From Candidatus Eiseniibacteriota bacterium (GTDB lineage: Bacteria > Eisenbacteria > RBG-16-71-46 > JASEGR01): 64,000 bases of DNA. The translations under genes were made by a program, and so were the position numbers. The notes beneath the pieces are model-generated. The model saw nothing but the letters and a program-made list of their open reading frames with translations, searched no databases and was not told where the DNA came from. Numbering within the stretch: the first letter of the stretch is position 1; each line of letters opens with the position of its first letter. The stretch is from NCBI GenBank assembly GCA_030017955.1, contig JASEGR010000001.1, positions 13,761 to 77,760 of the forward strand, given 5' to 3'. Shown in pieces: positions 19,284 through 29,819 of this stretch.

Positions 19284-20435
19284 CTATCCGAACGATTTTC
19301 CCCGCACTCTCCCGGAGGAAACTCGCGAAACGCTCAAAATCATTCCTGTCGCCGCCAGGTTCATCGTGAGAGCCGATCCCCCATAGCTTATGAACGGGAG
19401 GGGAAGTCCTGTTGTGGGAGCAAGTCCGGTGGCAACAGCGATATTCAGTACAACATAAGCCATAACGCCAAAAGTCAGCGATGAGGCGAGCAAGAATCCG
19501 AATCTGTCGGGCGCCTTTGAAGCGATGGCGAATCCTCTTACCACCCACACGAGAAAGAGCAGGAGAACGATACTGGTGCCGACAAGGCCGACCTCTTCGC
19601 CAATGATTGAGAAGATGAAATCTGTGTGGAGTTCAGGCAAGAAGTGAAACTTCTGAATTCCTTGACCCAATCCTCGTCCAATGAGCCCGCCTGACCCAAG
19701 CGAGATTAGGGACTGTTTGAGCTGCCATCCTTTTTCAAGCAGATCACTTCCACCTTGGATGAAGCTGGTCAGCCGCGCCAGCTGATAGGGTTTGATGGTC
19801 AGGGCCGCGCCCCCGACCGAAGCCACTGCGACCAGGCCCAGGTGCCACGGCTTCGATCCGGCCACAAAGAGCACGGCACCCGCGGCCAGGGCAATCGCAG
19901 CCGCGCTTCCGAGGTCCGGCTGGCGAATGATAAGGCCGACGACCACTCCAACAAGAAGGATGCAGGGAAGAAATCCTTTTTTGAACGACTCTATCCTGGT
20001 TTCGCTCTTGCACAGGATCGTGGAAAGGACCATGAGAAGGGCAACTCTTGAAATCTCCGCAGGCTGCAGCTGGAAAAAGCCGAAATGCCTCCATCCTCTT
20101 GTTCCGTGTATCTTTTCTACTCCCGCACCCGGGATCAACAGCGATGCAAGAAGAATGATTGAGATCGCAAAAGCCGGCTTACTGAAAATCCGGAGCACCC
20201 TGTAGTCAATTGAAGCGAAAAAGGCCATGGCCATTATTCCAATCAATGCCCTCATGAGCTGTTTTTTCATGAAGAAGCTGGAGCTTCCGAATTTTTCATC
20301 CGCAATCACTGCGCTGGACGAGTAAACCATTATGAGTCCCACGCCGAGGAGAATCAGCGTAACGGCGAAAAGAGTAAGGTCGGGCCTTCCGAGGCCTTCC
20401 GTGTGTCTCAACGTTCCCTGGAGAAATCTCCTCAT
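19284..20435 (-). CDS. ftsW: Peptidoglycan polymerase FtsW (SEDS family)
   Basis: QPAE, QPDLG, GSGG..G.G, LPELHTDFI, P.TG..LPF.SYGGS. Confidence 0.97.
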   Translation of the reverse strand: MRRFLQGTLRHTEGLGRPDLTLFAVTLILLGVGLIMVYSSSAVIADEKFGSSSFFMKKQLMRALIGIMAMAFFASIDYRVLRIFSKPAFAISIILLASLLIPGAGVEKIHGTRGWRHFGFFQLQPAEISRVALLMVLSTILCKSETRIESFKKGFLPCILLVGVVVGLIIRQPDLGSAAAIALAAGAVLFVAGSKPWHLGLVAVASVGGAALTIKPYQLARLTSFIQGGSDLLEKGWQLKQSLISLGSGGLIGRGLGQGIQKFHFLPELHTDFIFSIIGEEVGLVGTSIVLLLFLVWVVRGFAIASKAPDRFGFLLASSLTFGVMAYVVLNIAVATGLAPTTGLPLPFISYGGSALTMNLAATGMILSVSRVSSGRVRGKSFG

Positions 20436-21814
20436 TCTTTTTTCTCCGCCATTATCTTCTCTTTCAGAGAAAGAAAGGCTTGCGCGAACTTCGCTCCCCT
20501 GTCTTCAAAATTCTTGAACATGTCGTAGCTGGCACAGCCGGGTGAAAGGATCACGACATCGCCCTTTTGTGCCAGTTCGAAGGCGACTTCGACGGCCTCG
20601 TTCATCGAGTTCGCCTGCGTCGACCGGACTCCGGGCCATGAGCTCCTGATTTTCTGTGAGGCCTCGCCCATGAGGACAACATGTCTCACATTCTTCTCAA
20701 CGAGCCCGGATACCTCGGCAAAGTTCCCGTCCTTGTCTCTTCCTCCTGCGATCAGCACCAATGGAGTTTTGAATGAAAGAAGAGCTTGCTTCATTGCATC
20801 TATGTTCGTGGCCTTTGAGTCGTTGACAAAGCTGACGCCTTCCAGTGAACCGACGTTCTGAAGCCTGTGCGGGAGCCCCTCAAATCCCGCGAGCGCAGAT
20901 TCTATCGAATCCAGACTCACTCCCATTGCAGCTGCAGCGCAAACTGCGGCCATTGCATTGGAAAGATTGTGCGGTCCTCTTATCGCAATCTTATCGACCG
21001 GAATCACAGTCTTGGTCTCTCCGTCAAAGTTCACCTTGAGATTTCCGGCTTCAACAAATGCTCCCTCTTCTCCGGCTTTATTCATTCCAAAATATAGGAC
21101 CCTGGATCTCAGCGAGCGCGAGGGGGTCCGTTGGGTTTCATCGTCCCTGTTTATTACAGCAAAATCCTCCTGCGTCTGGTTCTCAAAAAGTCTCATCTTC
21201 AATCTTAGGTATTCTTCAAAGCTCTTGTGTCGGTCAAGGTGGTCGGGCGTGACATTAAGAAGCACTCCAACACGGGGCTTCATGAATTTCATTGTCTCGA
21301 GCTGAAAGCTGGACACCTCGATGACCGCGATGCCGTCCGGCTCCAGTGAATCTGCGATGCCGGAAAAAGCCAGACCGACATTTCCTGCGACAACCGTCTT
21401 TCTCTTCGCACGCGAAAATATCTCACCGACCAGACTCACGCATGTGCTTTTGCCGTTCGTGCCGGTGACGCATACTGCCGGACATCTCAGAACTGAGAAC
21501 GCTATCTCCAGTTCGCCCAGAATCTCCTTGCCCGCCTTCTCTGCCTCCATGAGAATCGGTGAATATAGCGGCACCCCGGGGCTGGCCACGATAAACTCGA
21601 TGTCTCGCGGAATGTGGAAGTCCGGCCGGCCGCATATGATCGCGGCGCCTGATCTCTCAAGCGAGGAAAGCTCCGGATCAAGCTCATCTCTCTTCTTGAG
21701 GTCGGTTCCGATTACTGAGCATCCGTACCTAAGAAGCAGTTTGGACACGCCAATCCCGCTTCTTTGGAGCCCGACGACCAAGACGTTTTTCCCGGCAAAG
21801 AAAGGTTTGTTCAT
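20432..21814 (-). CDS. murD: UDP-MurNAc-L-Ala--D-glutamate ligase
   Basis: GTNGKST, EVSSFQL, DHLDRH, NDSKATN, SPGCASYD; start placed at MNKPFF (ATG overlapping the mraY stop). Confidence 0.97.
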   Translation of the reverse strand: MNKPFFAGKNVLVVGLQRSGIGVSKLLLRYGCSVIGTDLKKRDELDPELSSLERSGAAIICGRPDFHIPRDIEFIVASPGVPLYSPILMEAEKAGKEILGELEIAFSVLRCPAVCVTGTNGKSTCVSLVGEIFSRAKRKTVVAGNVGLAFSGIADSLEPDGIAVIEVSSFQLETMKFMKPRVGVLLNVTPDHLDRHKSFEEYLRLKMRLFENQTQEDFAVINRDDETQRTPSRSLRSRVLYFGMNKAGEEGAFVEAGNLKVNFDGETKTVIPVDKIAIRGPHNLSNAMAAVCAAAAMGVSLDSIESALAGFEGLPHRLQNVGSLEGVSFVNDSKATNIDAMKQALLSFKTPLVLIAGGRDKDGNFAEVSGLVEKNVRHVVLMGEASQKIRSSWPGVRSTQANSMNEAVEVAFELAQKGDVVILSPGCASYDMFKNFEDRGAKFAQAFLSLKEKIMAEKKE

Positions 21815-22896
21815 TGGAGTTTCAGGGTACTCAGCGTGACCAGGGCCAGAAGCGCTGCGACTATCCAGAATCTCACTACCACGCGTGATTCCGGCCATCC
21901 CATGAGCTCGAAATGGTGATGAAGGGGCGCCATCTTGAAAACCCGTTTCCCCCTTGTCTTGAACGCAATCACCTGGATTATCACCGAAAGCACTTCAGCC
22001 ACGAAGATTCCTCCTACTATTGCAAGCAGCAGCTCTTTCTTGATGAGAACCGCCATGACACCAATGGAACCTCCGAGGGCGAGTGATCCGGTATCCCCCA
22101 TGAACACGTCCGCAGGATGGCAGTTGAACCAGAGAAATCCGAGCGCTGCACCAACAACTGCTGCGCCGAAAACAGTCAACTCTCCGCACCCATTGAGATA
22201 AAGGATATTGAGATATCCCGAAAACTTCACATGGCCGCTCAGGTACGCAATCCCTCCAAGGGCGACTCCTACAAATGCAACGAGCCCTGAGGCGAGGCCA
22301 TCCAGGCCGTCTGCGAAGTTCACCGCATTTGAGGAGGCCGTGATAACAAGAGCGACGAATGGAATATAGAAGATGCCGAAGTCAATAATCACATCCTTCA
22401 GGAAAGGAACCGACGTTATCGATGGCTCTACGGACTGGGCCGGCCGGAAGTAGAGAATGCTGCCTATCAAGAGTCCAAGTATCACCTGTCCCAGGAACTT
22501 ATATCTCGCGGTCAAACCTTTTCTGTATTTCTTCACTACCAGAAGATAGTCGTCGAGAAACCCAAGAGCTCCGAGCCAGACAGTCGCAAGAAGAGCAAGA
22601 AGGACATACTGATTTGAAAGGTTGCCCCAGAGAAGTGTCGGCACGACAATCGAAGTGACTATCAGTATACCTCCCATCGTCGGCGTGCCTTCTTTCAGAA
22701 GGTGCGTCGATGGGCCGTCTTTTCTTATGCTCTGTCTTATCTGGAATTGCCTGAGTCTCTTGACAACGAACGGTCCAAGAAGAAAACTCAGGAGGAGAGC
22801 TGTGATGGCGGCGTATGCAGAACGAACCGTAATGTATCTGAAAACATTGAGGACAGATATATATTCATGCAGCGGATAGATTAGATGGTAGAACAT
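21811..22896 (-). CDS. mraY: Phospho-MurNAc-pentapeptide transferase
   Basis: KEGTPTMGG, GFLDD, NAVNFADGLDG, FMGDTGS, MAPLHHHFE. Confidence 0.98.
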   Translation of the reverse strand: MFYHLIYPLHEYISVLNVFRYITVRSAYAAITALLLSFLLGPFVVKRLRQFQIRQSIRKDGPSTHLLKEGTPTMGGILIVTSIVVPTLLWGNLSNQYVLLALLATVWLGALGFLDDYLLVVKKYRKGLTARYKFLGQVILGLLIGSILYFRPAQSVEPSITSVPFLKDVIIDFGIFYIPFVALVITASSNAVNFADGLDGLASGLVAFVGVALGGIAYLSGHVKFSGYLNILYLNGCGELTVFGAAVVGAALGFLWFNCHPADVFMGDTGSLALGGSIGVMAVLIKKELLLAIVGGIFVAEVLSVIIQVIAFKTRGKRVFKMAPLHHHFELMGWPESRVVVRFWIVAALLALVTLSTLKLQ

Positions 22897-22897
22897 C

Positions 22898-24316
22898 CTA
22901 TTTCGCGACCTTCGCTTTGTTCACCATACGGTTTGCCTTCAGCCCTTTAAAGACCTCCTCGAGTTTCATTCCCCGCGAACCCTTGATAAGAAGCAGATCT
23001 CCGGACGCGAGAGCCGGCTTGAGCAAATTCAATGCCTCTTCCCTTGTCTCCACAGTCTTGATTCTTGAAGAGGGCATGCCCTTCGCCTCGGCTCCCTCCC
23101 TGATATGGAGCGAAAACTCCCCGATAGCGTAGAGCTCGTCGAGAAAAGCCGCTCTTTCTCCGATTTCTTTGTGCAAACTGCCGGATGCCTCTCCAAGCTC
23201 AAGCATGTCGCCGAGAAGAGCAACTTTCTTGCCCCTAACTTCAATCTCCCTGATTGTCTCAAGGGCGAGCGAAACCGAAACTGGATTTGCGTTGTAGGAG
23301 TCGTTGATTATCCGGATCCCGCCAACCTCCTCAAGTTCCATTCTTCCGGGCATTGGCTTCATCGACGCAATCGCCCTCGCGAATTCAGCGTCGGAGATTC
23401 CCATGAGTTTCGATACTGCGAGCGCGGCAAGCGAATTCGAGATGTTTCCCTTGCCCAAAAGAGGGACATAGTAAGCGGCGCCGTCCTCCACCTCAATCTC
23501 GTAGCCGGCCCCCTTCTGTGTGAATCTCTTCAGCCGGAATTGCGAAGGTCTGTCCAGCGAGAAAGTGATTTTCCGCAAGTTCCATTTCTCGTTCTCTTTC
23601 ACGAGCTGGGGAAAGTCTGCATTCAGCACCAGTGTGCCGCCGCTTTCCACATATTCACCGAGCTCGCTCTTTCCCTTCACAATTTCATCAACCGAACCTG
23701 CGTCTCTCAGATGCGCTGCCCCGACGTTTGTTATGACGCCGACCGAGGGCCTGGCAATTTCTGCCAGCCTCCTGATTTCCCCTCTCCTGCTCATTCCAAG
23801 CTCGAGCACCGCTGTCGAGTGCTCTAAGCTGAGCCCGAGAAGAGTCAGTGGAACCCCAATATGGTTATTGAGGTTGCCCTCGGTCTTCAGCACTTTTCCC
23901 TTTTGTCCAAGGCATGCGGCTATCATCTCTTTTGTGGTTGTCTTTCCGTTCGTGCCTGTGACTGCCACAAGCGGCAGCTTGAATTTTCTTCTGTGGAAGG
24001 ATGAGAGCTCCTGAAGACTCGCCAGCGTGTCCCCGGACGGGATGAGCAGCCGGTCTGCCAGAGAGTCTCCTTCTTTTCTGAACCATTCCAGAGAGCAGAC
24101 AGCCGCCGCTGCGCCCTTCTGAAATGCCTCCGGTATGAAGTCGTTACCGTCGAAGCTTGGGCCTTTGAGTGCAAAGAAGATTTCCCCTCTTTTCAATGTC
24201 CTCGTGTCGATTGAGAAGCCCGTAAAGACAGTCTGCCTGCCTCTCCCGGAATCCGTCACCTTCCCGCGCAGATATGCCTCAAGCCGGGTGCCGTCCAGAA
24301 CGTCTTTCAAAGTCAA
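22898..24316 (-). CDS. murF: UDP-MurNAc-tripeptide--D-Ala-D-Ala ligase
   Basis: IDTR, GTNGKTTTKE, NLNNHIGVP, NDSYNANP, GDMLELG, KGSRG. Confidence 0.97.
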   Translation of the reverse strand: MTLKDVLDGTRLEAYLRGKVTDSGRGRQTVFTGFSIDTRTLKRGEIFFALKGPSFDGNDFIPEAFQKGAAAAVCSLEWFRKEGDSLADRLLIPSGDTLASLQELSSFHRRKFKLPLVAVTGTNGKTTTKEMIAACLGQKGKVLKTEGNLNNHIGVPLTLLGLSLEHSTAVLELGMSRRGEIRRLAEIARPSVGVITNVGAAHLRDAGSVDEIVKGKSELGEYVESGGTLVLNADFPQLVKENEKWNLRKITFSLDRPSQFRLKRFTQKGAGYEIEVEDGAAYYVPLLGKGNISNSLAALAVSKLMGISDAEFARAIASMKPMPGRMELEEVGGIRIINDSYNANPVSVSLALETIREIEVRGKKVALLGDMLELGEASGSLHKEIGERAAFLDELYAIGEFSLHIREGAEAKGMPSSRIKTVETREEALNLLKPALASGDLLLIKGSRGMKLEEVFKGLKANRMVNKAKVAK

Positions 24317-25821
24317 TTTCTTTTCCCTGATCCCTTCTTCTCGAATCCGAGTTCCTTCAGAATTTCTGCAGCGGCCTCCCTATCATCGAAGCGGCGCCGC
24401 TCGGTGCCGACAATCTGGTAGTCCTCATGTCCTTTCCCTGCTATCAGAACCACGTCGCCTTTCCGGGCCATCTTGATCGCCCTCTCAATCGCGGCTTTTC
24501 TGTCCTCTATCTTCTCGAACTTCGCTTTTGAGCCGGCAAATCCCTTTTCGATTTCACTCATTATCGCAGACGGATCCTCTGTCCTGGGATTGTCGGACGT
24601 TATGACGGAGTAGTCTGCGTGCGCGGATGCCAGTCGCCCCATGATCTCCCTCTTTCCCCTGTCCCTGTCACCACCGCAGCCGAAAACGCAGATGATCTTT
24701 CCCTTCCAGATCTCTCTTGACGTCTTCAGGAGTCCTTCAAGGGCATCAGGCGTATGGGCATAATCAATGACCACGGCGAACTCCTGCCCCTTCTCGACTC
24801 TATCCATCCTTCCTTTCACGCCTTCCGCCTTCTCGATGCCATTCTTTATGCTTCCGGGTGAGAATCCAAGCAGAAGCCCGGTCCCAAATGCAGCCAGGCA
24901 GTTGTACACATTGAACATTCCAACAAGAGGAGAGCAAACGGTTTCAATTCCCTGTTGAAACTCGGCCTTGAATCTGATTCCTTTCTCGCCAAGCTCGATG
25001 TTCTTTGCCTTTACCCATGAGCCGTCTTTTGTCCCGAACGTGAAGACGGGAATCGAGCTCTGTTCGAGGAAGAACGTGCCGTACGGATCATCCTTGTTGA
25101 CAAGCCCCTTGGCACCCTCCTTGAATTTCGTGAATTCCCTCTTGAACAATCTCAGTTTTGCATCCGCATATTCTTCAAAGGACCCGTGGAAATCAAGATG
25201 ATCGCGGGTAAGATTTGTGAAAACACAGACATCAAACTCGGTCTCAAGTGTTCTTCCCAGGTAAAGACCGTGCGATGAGATCTCGGCGACGGCAGCTCTC
25301 CCGCCTGAGTCAAGGATTTCCCTCAGTGTCCTCTGAAACTCGACGGACTCTGGAGTGGTATGGAGAGCGGTTTTCTCATTCCCGGCATACTTGTATCCCA
25401 CAGTTCCTATGATTCCTGTTCTGAAGCCGTTCTCCTCAAAGATTGATGCCACAATGTGAGAGGTCGTGGTTTTCCCGTTTGTTCCGGTGATTCCCACGAC
25501 TGAAAGCTCCTTCGATGGTTCGCCAAAGAAGGTGGAAGAAAGAAGAGGAAGGGCGAGCCTCGTGTCGGGCACAATGACAAGCGTCCCGGCCAGTCCCTGC
25601 ATTTCCTCCTCGCATACAATCGCCAGGGCGCCCTTCTTGTCCGCATCGGCGGCGAAAAGATGACCGTCCGCATGGGCGCCTCTCATGCAAACGAAGACAT
25701 CGCCCGGCTGCACTGCCCTGGAGTCTATGGAGATTCCAGTGATGGTTTTCCCCAGCGCACCGATGTGTTTTTTCTGGGGAAGAACCCTGATCAGGCTTTC
25801 GAGCGATATCTGCCTTGTCAT
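24313..25821 (-). CDS. murE: UDP-MurNAc-dipeptide--meso-diaminopimelate ligase
   Basis: GTNGKTT, TNLTRDHLDFH, DYAHTPD, DNPR (meso-DAP specificity motif), AGKGHE. Confidence 0.97.
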   Translation of the reverse strand: MTRQISLESLIRVLPQKKHIGALGKTITGISIDSRAVQPGDVFVCMRGAHADGHLFAADADKKGALAIVCEEEMQGLAGTLVIVPDTRLALPLLSSTFFGEPSKELSVVGITGTNGKTTTSHIVASIFEENGFRTGIIGTVGYKYAGNEKTALHTTPESVEFQRTLREILDSGGRAAVAEISSHGLYLGRTLETEFDVCVFTNLTRDHLDFHGSFEEYADAKLRLFKREFTKFKEGAKGLVNKDDPYGTFFLEQSSIPVFTFGTKDGSWVKAKNIELGEKGIRFKAEFQQGIETVCSPLVGMFNVYNCLAAFGTGLLLGFSPGSIKNGIEKAEGVKGRMDRVEKGQEFAVVIDYAHTPDALEGLLKTSREIWKGKIICVFGCGGDRDRGKREIMGRLASAHADYSVITSDNPRTEDPSAIMSEIEKGFAGSKAKFEKIEDRKAAIERAIKMARKGDVVLIAGKGHEDYQIVGTERRRFDDREAAAEILKELGFEKKGSGKRN

Positions 25822-27899
25822 TCTTCACATCCCAGGCAGCAGACCGTGCCTGCCAAAGCTTCCGTCCCGGGCATGGGATCTTGTCTTACCACTATCCCGC
25901 TTCCATGTATCTCGGAAGCCAGGAGCGAATCGCTGAGGACTCTTGTTGCCTCTCTCAATGAAAGGCCTCTGACGTCGGGAATCCGGAAAAGCCTCTTTCC
26001 TTCATCAAGCAGCGTCAGTGTTATCTCCGCCTTTGGCTCCAGGACCTCGCCAGGATGAGGCGACTGAGTCCAGACTCTCCTTCCTGCGCCGGCCATTTTC
26101 ACCTTCAGCCCAAGGTCCTCAAGAATCGCTTTTCCTTCCTGCCATTCCATGAACCTCACGTCAGGGACCACGGCTCTTCCCTTCTTCTCGTCGCTGGAAT
26201 CGAGAACGAGCCGCGCATATCCGGGTTTGACCGGGGTGAGTGGAAAGCGTCCTATGACTTCAACGATGCCCTTGAAAATGGGCGCTGCAACACTGCCCCC
26301 GTAGTGAATGTCTTGCGGCTCGTCAATGATGACAAGACAAAGAAGCTCCGGCGAGTCTGCAGGAATGAATCCTATGAACGAGCTCACGTACTGGCCGCTC
26401 CCATACCCCCCGTTTGCCGGATCATATTTCTGGGCAGTCCCGGTCTTTCCTCCACAGCTGATCCAGGAAAGGCCTGCGCCGGTGCCCGTTCCGTACTCAA
26501 CGGCTGACTTCAGGCAATCTCTGAGCGTCGCCGCAACTTCTTCCGAAATGACTCTTCTTACTCTCTGAGGCCTCCACTTTTTTACTGTGTTTCCTTTTTC
26601 ATCAACGATGGCTTTCATCAGAGTCGGTTTGAGCAGCACCCCGCCGTTTGCAATGGCGCCATAAGCCATGGCAAGCTGAACTGCCGTCACCGAGATTTCC
26701 TGGCCTATCGACAGAGTACAGAGTGACCTGGCCGACCAATCCGCAAGCGGCCTCACCTTTCCGAAGGCCTCGCCCGGGAGCTGGAGTCCCGTGGGTGAGC
26801 CGAAACCAAAAGCCCTCGTGTAGCGGTAAAGTCCCTCCTTGCCGACCTTGAGCCCTATTTTGGCAAGGCAGATGTTGCTGGAGAGCGCCACGGCATCCCT
26901 GAAACTCAGCCACCCATGAGGTTTCGAATCGTGGATCGTGTATCCGCCGAAATCCTTCTCACCGCCCTCCCCATCAAATCTGGAAAACGTGTCGCACACG
27001 CCAAGCGACAATGCTGCCGAAGCTGCTACCACCTTGAATGTCGAGCCTGGTTCAAACTGGTCTGAGACCGGAATATTCCGGGAAGGCACACGGGAGCTTC
27101 CCGGGTTTGCGTCTCCATTCGGACCAGGCTCGCTTGCCATCGCAAGTATCTCTCCGGTCTTTGGAGCCAGGAGGATGACCGTGCCGCCCCTGGCGTTGTG
27201 CTTAAGAATGCCCTCGGTGAGCTTCGCCTCAACCATTGCCTGGTAGTTCGCGTCAATTGTAAGAATTACGTCGTATCCCTTGGCAGGAGGGCGCTCATAG
27301 CTCCGCGGAAGCGGGAACTTCTTTCCCGTCACGTCGGTGAACAGGGTCACCCAGCCGGGGGTTCCCTTCAGGAACCTGTCCATCTCACACTCAATACCTT
27401 CGATACCTTTCCCGTCAGTGTCGGTGGACCCAACCAGCATCACTGCAAGGTTGCCGGTCGGATAGACTCTCTTCATCTCATCCATGCAATAGACTTGTTC
27501 CAGATTCTTGGCAGCGACCTTCCTTTCCACGCTGGGCGGAAACTGCCTTGCCAGCCATGCAAATTTTCCCCCGTTCGAGAGTTTCTCAAGGAGCTCTCCT
27601 TCCGGAATCTGGAGGATCTCAGAGAGACACTTCGCCGTTCTTCGCTTGTCTTTTATCTTTGATGGATTGGCCGAGACAGATATGGTTCTCAGGTTCTCGG
27701 CGAGCGGACGGTCATTTCTGTCGAAGATTCTTCCGCGGGGAGCAGGAATTTCTACCCTTTTGATCTGCTGAATTTCGGCGAGCCTCGAAAGATATTCATG
27801 CTGAATAATCTGAATGAAGAAAAGCCTGGCAAGGAGTACTGCCCAGAGAACCAGAGTTGCGACAAGCCCTATTAAGATTCTTCTTTGACCTTTCTCCAA
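25818..27899 (-). CDS. ftsI: Division transpeptidase (class B PBP) with two PASTA domains
   Basis: RG.IFDRN, PGSTFK (SxxK), SSN, KTGT; C-terminal VPDV..Q.P.PG repeats. Confidence 0.95.
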   Translation of the reverse strand: MEKGQRRILIGLVATLVLWAVLLARLFFIQIIQHEYLSRLAEIQQIKRVEIPAPRGRIFDRNDRPLAENLRTISVSANPSKIKDKRRTAKCLSEILQIPEGELLEKLSNGGKFAWLARQFPPSVERKVAAKNLEQVYCMDEMKRVYPTGNLAVMLVGSTDTDGKGIEGIECEMDRFLKGTPGWVTLFTDVTGKKFPLPRSYERPPAKGYDVILTIDANYQAMVEAKLTEGILKHNARGGTVILLAPKTGEILAMASEPGPNGDANPGSSRVPSRNIPVSDQFEPGSTFKVVAASAALSLGVCDTFSRFDGEGGEKDFGGYTIHDSKPHGWLSFRDAVALSSNICLAKIGLKVGKEGLYRYTRAFGFGSPTGLQLPGEAFGKVRPLADWSARSLCTLSIGQEISVTAVQLAMAYGAIANGGVLLKPTLMKAIVDEKGNTVKKWRPQRVRRVISEEVAATLRDCLKSAVEYGTGTGAGLSWISCGGKTGTAQKYDPANGGYGSGQYVSSFIGFIPADSPELLCLVIIDEPQDIHYGGSVAAPIFKGIVEVIGRFPLTPVKPGYARLVLDSSDEKKGRAVVPDVRFMEWQEGKAILEDLGLKVKMAGAGRRVWTQSPHPGEVLEPKAEITLTLLDEGKRLFRIPDVRGLSLREATRVLSDSLLASEIHGSGIVVRQDPMPGTEALAGTVCCLGCEE

Positions 27900-27940
27900 G
27901 GCACAACTTCCTTCTGTGTCGAAATTGCATGAAAGAATTC

Positions 27941-28381
27941 TTACTTCTGTCTTGCTCTTGCGCCAGCCGGGACAAAGAGAAACTCTGTTATCTTCCTTTG
28001 GGCAGCTGCCAGTAGGCCGGTTGCCGGATGTTCAGTGGGCCTTTCTCTATCAATGATGTCACCCGGCAGGTCAACTATCTGAGTAAGCTCAGGCTCGCTG
28101 AGACCAAACATGGAAAAGGCAAGAGGCTCAACAGAAACCCTGGATAGTTTTTCGCCAAGAGAAATCTCGAGAAGGTTTGCCGCAGATTGAAGTTTCTCAA
28201 CTTCGTTCCGGGACTTATACACCTCCCTTGTGAGTTCGCTCACATGAAGGTTCTCCCAGACATACGAGAAAACAAAGGAAAATACCAAGAGGCCGATGAC
28301 AACCCACCCCCTGGTAGTCTCAGGCGGGAAGCGAAACCGTCTTTTCCCGATGCCGGGGATTGGCCTCATGAAACGTTCCAA
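27941..28381 (-). CDS. ftsL: FtsL-like bitopic coiled-coil protein
   Basis: Single TM plus heptad region; canonical position between rsmH and ftsI. Confidence 0.65.
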   Translation of the reverse strand: MERFMRPIPGIGKRRFRFPPETTRGWVVIGLLVFSFVFSYVWENLHVSELTREVYKSRNEVEKLQSAANLLEISLGEKLSRVSVEPLAFSMFGLSEPELTQIVDLPGDIIDRERPTEHPATGLLAAAQRKITEFLFVPAGARARQK

Positions 28382-28383
28382 GA

Positions 28384-29331
28384 CTATTTCCTCCTTGCCG
28401 CCCTGAGTCTCGCGCTCCTGGCCCTCGGGTTCGCCGCGACCTCCCGAGCATCAGGTTTCACTGCCCTTGGAGTAAGCACTGTGAAGGTGGCATCTACGGG
28501 AACCGTACCAAGAAGAAGAGCTCGCCTTTCTGGAAGGATGCCTCTCACGAATTCCTTTACCATCCTGTCCTCAAGTGAATGATAAGAGATGACGACCAGC
28601 ATTCCTCCGCTTCGGAGAAGTTTCCCGGCCGCCTCCAGCCCGGCCTTGAGTGAGATCAATTCCTGGTTCACTTCAATCCTCAGTGCCTGAAAGACTCTTC
28701 CAAGAAACGATCTTGTGGCCCCCGGTCCGAATCTTCTCTTGAGAATCTGAACCAGTTCCAGAGTCGTATCAATCCCGGCTCGCTTCCTTGCCTCCTCGAT
28801 TGTTTTTGCGATGATCCGCGATTCCTTAAGTTCCCCGTAATTCCTCAGAGTCGCGGCCAGTTCGTCCACACTGTACTCATTCACTATTTGGGAGGCAGTC
28901 ACGCTTCGCTTCCGCGAGAAGCGCATGTCAAGCGGACCGTCTTTCTCATAACTGAAACCCCTTTCGCCGGTGTCAACGTGATATGAAGACAGGCCGAGAT
29001 CGAACAGAATTCCGGCCACATTTTCAGCGCCAACAAGCGGAGCGAGGTCAAGAAGGTCACCAAAGTTCTTCTCAAGAAGCTTTACCCTGTCCCCAAATCG
29101 CAGCAGTCTCAGTGATGCCCTCTCTATGGCCTCGGAATCAGCATCAAGTCCGTAGAGACTGCCCTCAGGCCCAAGTTCCTCAAGCAGTCTCTCCGCATGT
29201 CCACCGTCTCCCACCGTACAATCAACATAAATTCCACTTGGGTCGGTGAGCAAGAAGCCGAGAGCCTCACCGACCATCACTGGCCTGTGAAAGCCAGAAC
29301 CGGGCGGGCTACCCTGATCTGTCGTTTTCAA
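28384..29331 (-). CDS. rsmH: 16S rRNA m4C1402 methyltransferase
   Basis: H.PVM, DCTVGDGGH, DLGLSS, PLDMR, FQALRIEVN, SYHSLEDR, NPRARSA.LR. Confidence 0.98.
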   Translation of the reverse strand: MKTTDQGSPPGSGFHRPVMVGEALGFLLTDPSGIYVDCTVGDGGHAERLLEELGPEGSLYGLDADSEAIERASLRLLRFGDRVKLLEKNFGDLLDLAPLVGAENVAGILFDLGLSSYHVDTGERGFSYEKDGPLDMRFSRKRSVTASQIVNEYSVDELAATLRNYGELKESRIIAKTIEEARKRAGIDTTLELVQILKRRFGPGATRSFLGRVFQALRIEVNQELISLKAGLEAAGKLLRSGGMLVVISYHSLEDRMVKEFVRGILPERRALLLGTVPVDATFTVLTPRAVKPDAREVAANPRARSARLRAARRK

Positions 29332-29391
29332 ACCTGGCGAGACCTCAAACGAAAAGGCCTTTCCAGAGTTCTTCTGCCGTGATCGTCCAAG

Positions 29392-29757
29392 CTAACTGGC
29401 CTGCTTGCGAACCGGGCTCCACGACTCTTGATTCCGGCTCTTGCCTCCGGATTCAACAACCGCGTGGCCGCCATTCGGATCGATCAGGCTCAGCAGATCC
29501 TTTGAGTACTGGTTGAGGCCGGAGAAGCGAAAGAATGTATCCCCATTCGAGAGCCCTTTGAGCCCCCGTACAAGATGCGAAAGCCCCTTGTAGTCGGGAG
29601 AGACGACCTTCTCAAGGTCAACGACGAACGACTTTTTTCCACCAAGTGAGAGATTCCTGATTGCGAGAAGAATCGCTTCAGCTTCTTCCGTATCAACGGA
29701 CCCCGAAGGCCCAATCACGTATGTCCCGTTCCTCTGTTTCAGCCGAATCACTCCCAC
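29392..29757 (-). CDS. STAS-domain (anti-sigma-factor antagonist-like) protein
   Basis: V..PSGSVD..A..., VVDLEKVVSPDYKGLSHL, F.GLN; GAGG RBS. Confidence 0.75.
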   Translation of the reverse strand: MGVIRLKQRNGTYVIGPSGSVDTEEAEAILLAIRNLSLGGKKSFVVDLEKVVSPDYKGLSHLVRGLKGLSNGDTFFRFSGLNQYSKDLLSLIDPNGGHAVVESGGKSRNQESWSPVRKQAS

Positions 29758-29819
29758 TTTCTACCTCGCATTCGCTCAATAGTTAACGAAGGCGCGCAGG
29801 AAAATCACGTCTTCATTTC

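Noticed and set aside
21815..21898. N-terminal extension of MurD in the ORF track
   Set aside because: It overlaps mraY; the ATG at 21814 coupled to the mraY stop is more plausible.
17231..23827. Long plus-strand ORFs (242 aa, 240 aa and others) opposite the mur genes
   Set aside because: They are antisense shadows of conserved genes and show no recognisable motifs.
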